In this document: positions 56,491 to 64,000 of the stretch, one piece after another
How positions within the stretch are numbered: the first letter of the stretch is position 1
Layout: every line of letters begins with the position of its first letter
DNA from: Desulfobacterales bacterium
Lineage (GTDB): Bacteria > Desulfobacterota > Desulfobacteria > Desulfobacterales > UBA5852
DNA: 64,000 bases
Assembly (NCBI GenBank): GCA_963674755.2
Contig: CAXXVS010000002.1
Location: forward strand, 1,664,001 to 1,728,000
Reading direction: 5' to 3'
Position numbers and translations under genes: made by a program
Notes under the pieces: model-generated
What the model was told of the DNA's origin: nothing
Databases searched by the model: none
The model's input: the letters and a program-made list of their open reading frames with translations, nothing else

Positions 56491-56649
56491 CTAACAACAG
56501 CAGCAGCAACAATCATCCTCGGCTTCGTCTTCAGGCGATGCCCACAATTGGCAGCTATCCTCATCGCAGCGATGGCCGTCGGCATCATCCGGATGGGCCG
56601 ATGTTTCCTCGGGGGTCTTGGGTTCGGTTTGATGATCTTCCATGGACAT
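56491..56649 (-). CDS. 52-aa acidic small protein ending in six consecutive Cys
   Basis: GGAGG RBS before ATG 56649; tail codons TGT TGC TGC TGC TGT TGT TAG; TTGACA at 56728-56723 upstream. Confidence 0.7.
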   Translation of the reverse strand: MSMEDHQTEPKTPEETSAHPDDADGHRCDEDSCQLWASPEDEAEDDCCCCCC

Positions 56650-56951
56650 AACCACCTCCATCGATATTCGTTGTTTCATCCGTCCGTTCCTTCCACAGAT
56701 AGTGTTGCCCTGAAGTTTTTATTGTCAAGGGGTGTACCGATCGGTTTTGATCAGCCGCGGATGGACGTTCGATGCCCGGAATGATGAAACGGCATCCGCC
56801 GGAAGCGGCCTGCCAGTGAAAAGATTTTCCGCCAGCAAGACCAGGGCCGCGTCGGTGTAACGCTTGCAGTTTGCCTATCCATGCGTTATGAAAATCAGGT
56901 AATCAACACAAACGGAACTTAATCCGCAGAGCAAACCGAAAGCGGTGCGGC

Positions 56952-57971
56952 ATGAAAAAACAACCGCACAACATTCCCGCCCCGGTAGCACCAAAGAACC
57001 ATGCCAAGCCCGATCCGGCCAAAACCCCACAAGGGCAAAAGGTCGCATTGGTCGTCGACGACGAGGGGGCCATGCGCCGTCTGCTGACCAGGATCCTCTC
57101 CAAACAAAACCTGGAAGTCCTGACAGCCGGAAATGCCGCCCAAGCCAGGGATATCCTTGGCCAAAGACCGATTGCCCTGATGCTGTGTGATCTGATGATG
57201 CCCGGCGAGCCGGGCCAAAGCCTCATTGAGCATGTGGCCCGCGCCCATCCCGACACGGCCGTCGTGGTGGTTACGGGTCTCACCGAACCCGGGGAAGCCG
57301 AGCGCGTCATCGATATCGGTGTGCTGGGGTACCTGATCAAGCCTTTCGATAAAAACCAGGTATTGATTACCATCTCTAACGCCCTGCGACTGAGAGAGTT
57401 CGAACTCCGCGATCGAATCCGACGGGAAGCGCTTGAGAAGGAAGTCCGGAAAAAAAACCACGACCTGATCGATCTGCATGAAACCCTGCAGCAGCGTCAG
57501 CAGGAAATGCAGGAGCAGGAACTGTCCCTGCGCGACGCCGCCGGTACGGTGCGCACGCTACTCAGCCAGCAGCGCCGGGAAAAGACCGATTTCGAGACGG
57601 TCATCCTGGAAAACGTCCGCCAAAGCGTCCAGCCCTTTATCCATAAACTGAAGGCCACCCGGCTTTCACCGACCCAGGCGAATTATCTGGACGCCTTGCA
57701 AATGAATCTGGAGAACATCATCTCGCCCTTCATCAAAGTCGTTTCCTCCCGCTATTTGGACCTGACCCCCACCGAACTGCAGGTGGCCGATCTGATCCGC
57801 CAGGGCCGGCGCACGAAGGATATCGCAGCGATATTGAACCTGTCTCCCAACACGGTCATGACCCATCGCTACCACCTGCGCGACAAGCTCGGCCTGAAAA
57901 ACAAGTCCGTCAGTCTTTCCACATATCTTAAAACGCTGGAGCAAAGGCAGGATACGACCGTTCCGCCTTGA
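56952..57971 (+). CDS. Response regulator (REC, coiled coil, LuxR HTH)
   Basis: LVVDDE, LCDLMMPG, LIKPF; LTPTELQVA..TVMTHR..LRDKLG. Confidence 0.92.
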   Translation: MKKQPHNIPAPVAPKNHAKPDPAKTPQGQKVALVVDDEGAMRRLLTRILSKQNLEVLTAGNAAQARDILGQRPIALMLCDLMMPGEPGQSLIEHVARAHPDTAVVVVTGLTEPGEAERVIDIGVLGYLIKPFDKNQVLITISNALRLREFELRDRIRREALEKEVRKKNHDLIDLHETLQQRQQEMQEQELSLRDAAGTVRTLLSQQRREKTDFETVILENVRQSVQPFIHKLKATRLSPTQANYLDALQMNLENIISPFIKVVSSRYLDLTPTELQVADLIRQGRRTKDIAAILNLSPNTVMTHRYHLRDKLGLKNKSVSLSTYLKTLEQRQDTTVPP

Positions 57972-58075
57972 TCGGGTGATCCGCGGGAGGGGGTTGTCCG
58001 CTGTTCGGGAAGAAACGCAAGGACAGAATCCTGCAAGCGATTAAAATATTATGGATTAATTACAAATTCAAAGGT

Positions 58076-58196
58076 TTTTCCAGCACCGGCGTCGGGCTTG
58101 CCTTGACCCGAAAAACCGCCTCCCGAATGGTGCGGAAAGATCCGGGCTGAAAGCATCCCGGAGCTGGGCGCGCCCCTTTGCCCCGCAATACGCTAA
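58076..58196 (+). pseudogene. Remnant of a histidine kinase HATPase C-terminus
   Basis: FSSTGVGLALTRKTASRM, then after a frameshift GKIRAESIPELGA; aligns with FPGTGVGLAIVKKAAVRMGGRTWAESSPGRGA of the kinase ending at 63866. Confidence 0.75.
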
Positions 58197-58238
58197 TCGC
58201 TAACCGAGGACGCATTCACTTAACAGCGGAGGCCCCAC

Positions 58239-58673
58239 ATGAATAACAGTCTTGACAGTCGTCGCCCCATTTTGTTGGTCGAAGATAATCCCTTGGATAT
58301 CGACCTGACGAAAAGAGCATTTAAAAAGCGGCATTTTCTCAACCCTCTCAGCATTGCCCGCGACGGCGAAGAGGCCTTAGCCTGTATCGAGAAATGGGAA
58401 CAGGGCGATCCTATACCCCTCCTCATCCTATTGGACTTAAAGCTGCCCAAGGTCGACGGCTTGGAAGTCCTGCGCCAAATAAAAGCGCATGCAACATTTC
58501 ACGTCATTCCGGTGGTTGTTCTTACCTCATCATCCGAAGACAAGGATATCGAAACCGCCTATAAGTATGGGGCGAATTCCTATATTGTAAAACCGGTCGA
58601 TTTTGACAAATTTTTGCAAGTTGCCACTGACATTGAAATATACTGGCTGGCCACGACGACATTGCCGAGGTAA
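58239..58673 (+). CDS. Single-domain response regulator (Rcp1-like)
   Basis: LLVEDNP, ILLDLKLPKVDGLEVL, GANSYIVKPV, YW. Confidence 0.95.
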   Translation: MNNSLDSRRPILLVEDNPLDIDLTKRAFKKRHFLNPLSIARDGEEALACIEKWEQGDPIPLLILLDLKLPKVDGLEVLRQIKAHATFHVIPVVVLTSSSEDKDIETAYKYGANSYIVKPVDFDKFLQVATDIEIYWLATTTLPR

Positions 58674-58675
58674 TC

Positions 58676-61018
58676 ATGAGAGTCCTCTATATCGAAGATA
58701 ATCCTTTGGATGTTGACCTGACACGGCACGCCTTCCGGAAAAGCCGGCCGGAGCTTGAATTGGACGTTGCAAGATCCCAACGCGAAGCCCTGGAAAAAAT
58801 CAAGGGGATCGATGTTGCCAACTACGACCTGGTACTTACGGATATGCATCTCGGCGACGGAGACGGCCTCGCCATTTTATCCCACATCAGAAGCCGTTCG
58901 ATTCCCCTACCCGTCGTCATTCTGACGGGTCAGGGCGACGAGGAGTTCGCGGTGGCCGCCCTCAAAGCCGGGGCGGAGAATTATATTGTCAAAAAAAGCG
59001 GCTATCTGGATTCCCTGCCGCGGATTCTGGAGGAGGCCCATGCGTCTTTTCGAACCGGCCAGGAAAGAAAAGCATATTCCCTTAAAGTTCTTTATGTGGA
59101 GCACAACCAGGCGGACGTCGATTTAACCCTTCGGCATTTTCGGCAGCATGCCCCCCATATCGCATTTACCGTCATCTGCCGCGTTGCTGAGTTTATCACC
59201 CTGCTGCAGGATTCCCAAAACGAACTGGCGCGTTATGATGTTATCCTACTGGACTACAGGCTGCCCCAGGAAAACGCGCTGGAGCTTTTGAAACGCGTTA
59301 AAAATTCGGATTTTTCTAAAATTCCCGTTATCCTGATTACAGGCAAAGGCGACGAAGAAATCGCCGTGCAGGCATTAAGGATCGGCGCTTTCGACTATGT
59401 CACCAAAAACCAGGGTTATCTTTACAAACTCCCTTCGGCAATCGAAAATGCCAATTATAGCGTACGTCTTGAACGCGAACGTCAAGCGCTCCTCGAAAGC
59501 GAACAGCGCTATCGCAGTCTATTTGAGAACAACCACACCATCATGTTGCTGGTCGATCCCCTGAAGCAGCAAATCGTAGATGCCAATCCGGCCGCCGTCA
59601 ACTTCTATGGCTGGTCCCGGGAAGCGTTTAAGGGTAAGCCTGTTACGGAAGTTAACACGTTAAGTGCCGGTGAAATGCGAAAGCAAATCCAGGCGGCCGC
59701 CAATGAAGACCGCCATCATTTCATTTTCAAGCATTACCGGGCCGATGGTTCCGTCTGCGACGTGGAGGTCTATAGCGGACCGATTGAAATCGGCGGGAAA
59801 CCGCTACTCTATTCTATCATTTATGACATCTCAGAAAGGCTTCAAGTAGAACGCGAGGGAGAGAAACTGAGAGCGCAACTCGCACAGGCCCAGAAGATGG
59901 AAGCCGTTGGTCAATTGGCCGGCGGTATCGCCCATGATTTCAACAACGTTCTTTCACCGATTTTAGGGTTTACCGAATTGGCGCTGGAAGATGTCGAAAC
60001 CGGCTCCCAAATCGAGGACAGCCTTCAAGAAGTCTATCGTGCCGCCAAGCGGGCAAGGGATCTTGTAAAGCAAATCTTGGCTTTTGCAAGACAGACGGAT
60101 GAAGATCGCAAACCCATCGAACTCGGCCTTGTCGTGAAGGAAGCCCTTAAACTCCTTCGCTCCACGATTCCCACCTCGATCGAAATCAATGGCATTATTG
60201 AAAGCACGGCGCTTGTTTTAGGCAACGCCACCCAGCTTCATCAAATCATATTGAATCTATGCACCAATGCTTATCACGCGATGGAAAACACGGGCGGAGT
60301 CCTGTCCGTCCATTTAGAGGACTTCAACAATTCGCCCTCAAAGGACAACCCGCATCCCGAGCTCACCCATGACGACTATATTCAACTCACCATTGCGGAT
60401 ACGGGGATCGGCATCCCTGAGGCTATTATGGAATCGATCTTCGAGCCCTATTTTACGACCAAAGAACCCGGGAAAGGGACGGGCATGGGGCTGGCCATGG
60501 TGCATGGCATTGTCGAGGCCTATAGCGGTAAAATTTTTGTCGAAACCGTTCCCGGCGAGGGATCACGTTTTACCATTTTTCTCCCTGCTACGAAGCAGCC
60601 GCCCTCCGACAATCTCTATGTTTCCAAAACCCTGCCATCCGGCCAGGAGCGCCTGCTATTCATCGATGACGAAGTCGCGATCACCAAGATCGGGCATCGG
60701 ATTCTATCAAGTTTGGGATACACGGTTACCACCATGACGAGTAGTACAGCCGCCTTAGATCATTTCCGCAACACACCCGAGGCGTTCGACCTGGTTTTAA
60801 CCGATATGACGATGCCGAAGATGAACGGCGATCAGCTGGCCGTCGAATTGCGCGGTATCCGGGCGGATATTCCGATCATTCTGTGCACCGGCTACAGCAA
60901 ACAAATATCGGATGAATCGATTGATCGTATCGGTATCAACCGCCTGCTGTTTAAACCCATAACGAAATCCGATTTGGCCAGGGCCGTCCGCCACGTCCTG
61001 GATGGCGCCAAAGGATAA
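58676..61018 (+). CDS. Hybrid histidine kinase (REC-REC-PAS-HisKA-HATPase-REC)
   Basis: Two N-terminal receivers, PAS, AHDFNN, GTGMGL, C-terminal receiver LTDMTMP. Confidence 0.93.
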   Translation: MRVLYIEDNPLDVDLTRHAFRKSRPELELDVARSQREALEKIKGIDVANYDLVLTDMHLGDGDGLAILSHIRSRSIPLPVVILTGQGDEEFAVAALKAGAENYIVKKSGYLDSLPRILEEAHASFRTGQERKAYSLKVLYVEHNQADVDLTLRHFRQHAPHIAFTVICRVAEFITLLQDSQNELARYDVILLDYRLPQENALELLKRVKNSDFSKIPVILITGKGDEEIAVQALRIGAFDYVTKNQGYLYKLPSAIENANYSVRLERERQALLESEQRYRSLFENNHTIMLLVDPLKQQIVDANPAAVNFYGWSREAFKGKPVTEVNTLSAGEMRKQIQAAANEDRHHFIFKHYRADGSVCDVEVYSGPIEIGGKPLLYSIIYDISERLQVEREGEKLRAQLAQAQKMEAVGQLAGGIAHDFNNVLSPILGFTELALEDVETGSQIEDSLQEVYRAAKRARDLVKQILAFARQTDEDRKPIELGLVVKEALKLLRSTIPTSIEINGIIESTALVLGNATQLHQIILNLCTNAYHAMENTGGVLSVHLEDFNNSPSKDNPHPELTHDDYIQLTIADTGIGIPEAIMESIFEPYFTTKEPGKGTGMGLAMVHGIVEAYSGKIFVETVPGEGSRFTIFLPATKQPPSDNLYVSKTLPSGQERLLFIDDEVAITKIGHRILSSLGYTVTTMTSSTAALDHFRNTPEAFDLVLTDMTMPKMNGDQLAVELRGIRADIPIILCTGYSKQISDESIDRIGINRLLFKPITKSDLARAVRHVLDGAKG

Positions 61019-61043
61019 GGCTTCAAGTGCCGGGAAAGTGACC

Positions 61044-63866
61044 ATGGACAAGATTTTAACTCTTTTCGTTCTCTTGCTTATCGTCATTTCGCCCAATGGC
61101 CGGCCTGCCGCCGCTGATGCCGAAGAAAGCCATAAAAATCCCATACCGGTGGGTGTCCTTGAAAACTGGCCTCCGTATTATTCAACCGATCCAAAGACAG
61201 GAATTCCGGAGGGGTTTGCGATCGAGGTGATGAACAAGGCGGCTGAATTGGCCGACCTCAGGATCCGCTACCGATCTTATAAAAACTGGCCCGAGCTCAT
61301 CCGGGCGCTTGCCGCTCACCAAGTGATGGTTGTCCCGAACATGGGCATAACGGCTGAAAGATTGGACCGCTATGATTTCACGGCTCCCTATGAAACATTC
61401 CAAATCGCCATCCTTGTTCGCAGCAGCACGACATCGGTCCGCCGGCTGAATGATCTCGCCCAAAAAAAAGTGGGGGTTGTGGAAGATAACAAGGGAACCG
61501 CCATCATGATGAAGACGGGTGGCGCTGACCTGATGGTGTTTCCATCCCTGTCAGAAGCGTTTATGGCATTATTGACCGGCAACACAGACGCACTGGTTTA
61601 CCCTGAAGCCCCTGTCCGCGCGCTGGCCTTAAACGCCGGTCTTGAAGATGCCATCAAAACGGTGGGAGCGCCCCTCCTTGAAGTAAAACGCGCTATCGCG
61701 ATTATAAAGGGGGAACCGGAAATCTATCAACCCCTGGACAAAGCGGTTTCCGCCCTCATTACATCCCAAGATTTTGTAACCATTTATGAAAAATGGTTTG
61801 GAAAGCCAAAGCCCTACTGGAATGCTCAACGGGTGCTTATCGCCATGGGCATTGTGCTTGCTTTATCGACAGGCCTGCTTTTAGTCCTGCGCCATCGGGC
61901 CGTGACGAAATCGAACGCGGAGCTGTCGCGCTCGATTGACACCCTTAACCATGCCCGGCAACGGATAGCCGAAAACGAAGCGCTGCTGAAGAAATCGCAA
62001 GCCATCGCCCATGTTGGTTCATGGCGGCTGGATGTCCAACAGGATGCGCTTTATTGTACCGATGAAGTCTATCGGATACTGGGATTACAGCCCGGTGCGA
62101 CCGCGCTATCCCATGCAAGCCTTTTGGCCGCGATTCATCCGGATGATCGCGATAGGGTCGCGGGGACATATGCAGCCCTGGATAACAACGGCCATCACCT
62201 CGACCTAACCTATCGCATCCGTCGTCCGGACGGCATCACCCGGTTTGTGCATGAAAAATCAGAAATCATTCGCGATGAATCCGGCCATATCGCTCTGGTC
62301 ATCGGTGTTATACATGATATTTCAGAGCTCAAGAAATCCGAATCGGAATTGCGGCAAAGGGAAGCGACTCTGGATAGTATTTTCAAGGTCGCTCCGGTCG
62401 GCATCGGGATGGGCGTCGATCGTGTTTTTTCGTGGGCCAACGCGTCCCTGTTGGAAATGCTCGGCTATGACCATGATGACCTTATGGGCAGCAGCACCCG
62501 CATCCTCTATTCAAACCAAAGCGAATTTGAAAGGGTGGGGCGCACATATGCGGCCCAGATTGAAAATTGCGGCACCGGATCTCTTGAGACCCAATGGCTA
62601 ACTGCAAAGGGTGATACGATCGACGTGCTGCTCAACATCACGCCCATTAACTTCCCCGACAGATCGGAAGAGGTTGTTTTCACGGTCCTGGACATCAGTG
62701 CCCGGAAAAAAGCTGAGACTCTTTTAAAGGAATCGGAGCGCAATTACCGGGAAATTTTTAATGCCGTCAATGATGTGCTTCTGATTCATGACAAAGATAC
62801 AGGCCAGATTATCGATGCGAATGCCAAAGTGACGGAGCTGTACGGTTATACATCGGGAGAATTGTGTGGCCAAACGGTTGAATGCCTCAGTCTGGGGGAG
62901 CCTCCTTTCGGCGGAGTGGAAGCTGCCGCGAATGTTAAACGGGCTGTTGAGGTAGGCCCTCACCTATTCGAGTGGCGGGCGCGCCATAAATCCGGCCAGG
63001 CCTTCTGGGTGGAGGTCAATCTAAAGCTGGCCTCTATCGGCGGGGCGGAGCGGCTGCTTGCTGTCGTCAGGGATATAAATCAACGCAAAGCCAATGAGAT
63101 GGAGCTAAAAGCCTATCGCGAGCACTTAGAGGAACTCGTGAGGAGCCGCACGGCCGCGCTTGAGAAAAAAACAGAGGAGATGGAAACGTTCACCTATTCC
63201 GTCTCACACGATCTAAAGGCGCCCCTGCGCGGCATTGACGGGTATAGCCGTCTTCTGGCTGATGAATATGCGAATAAGCTCGATGAGGAGGGGCTGCAGT
63301 TTCTGGCGAACATCCGCAGCGCTACGGAACAAATGCATCAATTGATCGAGGATCTCTTGGCCTACTCACGGATGGAGCGCCAGGATCTGCGTCCAATTCC
63401 CGTCGACATTCAACAACTGATCGATGAACTGCTTTTTGAAAGACAGCATGAGATTACCTCGCGATTCATTCACATTGCAACCGAAGTGCCGCCCGAGCGT
63501 CCTGTATGCGATCGCGAAAGTCTTCGCCAAATACTGGGGAATTTTTTAGATAACGCCATTAAATTCACGGTCTCGACATCGGCCCCCCAAGTTGTCTTGC
63601 AGGTTTTAAAAACAACAGACGGCTGGCGGTTTTCGGTCAAGGACAACGGCATCGGCTTCGACCCCAAATACCAGGAGCGCATCTTTGGCATTTTTCAACG
63701 CCTCCACCATGCTGAAGACTTTCCCGGCACCGGGGTCGGTTTGGCCATCGTTAAAAAGGCCGCCGTCCGGATGGGAGGAAGGACCTGGGCTGAAAGCAGC
63801 CCGGGCCGGGGCGCCACCTTTTATGTGGAAATTCCCCAAGCCCAGTCGCCGGAGAATATCGCCTAG
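61044..63866 (+). CDS. Sensor histidine kinase with periplasmic amino-acid-binding (SBP_bac_3) domain and three PAS domains
   Basis: Signal peptide, WPPY..GFAIE, TM helix, PAS/PAC repeats, SHDLKAPLR, NFLDNAIKF, FQRLH, GTGVGL. Confidence 0.93.
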   Translation: MDKILTLFVLLLIVISPNGRPAAADAEESHKNPIPVGVLENWPPYYSTDPKTGIPEGFAIEVMNKAAELADLRIRYRSYKNWPELIRALAAHQVMVVPNMGITAERLDRYDFTAPYETFQIAILVRSSTTSVRRLNDLAQKKVGVVEDNKGTAIMMKTGGADLMVFPSLSEAFMALLTGNTDALVYPEAPVRALALNAGLEDAIKTVGAPLLEVKRAIAIIKGEPEIYQPLDKAVSALITSQDFVTIYEKWFGKPKPYWNAQRVLIAMGIVLALSTGLLLVLRHRAVTKSNAELSRSIDTLNHARQRIAENEALLKKSQAIAHVGSWRLDVQQDALYCTDEVYRILGLQPGATALSHASLLAAIHPDDRDRVAGTYAALDNNGHHLDLTYRIRRPDGITRFVHEKSEIIRDESGHIALVIGVIHDISELKKSESELRQREATLDSIFKVAPVGIGMGVDRVFSWANASLLEMLGYDHDDLMGSSTRILYSNQSEFERVGRTYAAQIENCGTGSLETQWLTAKGDTIDVLLNITPINFPDRSEEVVFTVLDISARKKAETLLKESERNYREIFNAVNDVLLIHDKDTGQIIDANAKVTELYGYTSGELCGQTVECLSLGEPPFGGVEAAANVKRAVEVGPHLFEWRARHKSGQAFWVEVNLKLASIGGAERLLAVVRDINQRKANEMELKAYREHLEELVRSRTAALEKKTEEMETFTYSVSHDLKAPLRGIDGYSRLLADEYANKLDEEGLQFLANIRSATEQMHQLIEDLLAYSRMERQDLRPIPVDIQQLIDELLFERQHEITSRFIHIATEVPPERPVCDRESLRQILGNFLDNAIKFTVSTSAPQVVLQVLKTTDGWRFSVKDNGIGFDPKYQERIFGIFQRLHHAEDFPGTGVGLAIVKKAAVRMGGRTWAESSPGRGATFYVEIPQAQSPENIA

Positions 63867-64000
63867 CATACCGTTGCAGGTCATAGACGACTGAGACCGT
63901 CCTGAACCGTAATTGGGATTACGCCCGATTGATCAAGGGCGCCCTCGGACGTCGACTGACCATGTCCGCCCGATGGCATTCATCCTCCTTTCGATGAGGC

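Noticed and set aside
1..64000. Selenoprotein read-through, transposases, phage genes, rRNA
   Set aside because: No gene appears split at an in-frame TGA, and no such motifs were recognised by eye

Overview
GC-rich anaerobe-type bacterial DNA, most consistent with a sulfate-reducing Desulfobacterales-like deltaproteobacterium (inferred from gene content: many sigma54 activators, hybrid kinases, TRAP/TAXI transporters). About 45 CDS. In order: G3E GTPase/ABC ATPase/degenerate hydrolase; AAA ATPase; AbrB-like protein; hybrid kinase; sigma54 activator divergent from a CoA-disulfide reductase-like flavoprotein; D-amino acid aminotransferase, acyl-CoA ligase, DegV; polyamine ABC transporter (potB frameshifted) with gamma-glutamylation-type genes; tyrA; a lower-GC catabolic island (FadR, CoA-transferase III, TAXI-TRAP, MBL hydrolase, CoA ligase, M14 peptidase); TamB/Omp85; an MIO ammonia-lyase + CoA ligase + KS/CLF + dehydratase cluster coupled to a TRAP transporter; and a two-component cluster. 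No tRNA, rRNA, CRISPR array or transposase is recognisable. The most unusual signals are non-coding or tiny. (1) A family of ~120-220 bp covarying hairpin elements starts at stop codons in a fixed orientation and folds best on the antisense strand; one has expanded into a 168-bp tandem array. (2) A second family of ~190-bp covarying multi-stem elements. (3) A sigma54-driven ~56-nt candidate sRNA carrying an anti-SD/anti-AUG sequence. (4) Three very small Cys-rich proteins, one ending in CCCCCC and two with mirror-symmetric Cys spacing. All calls are by eye, without database searches.
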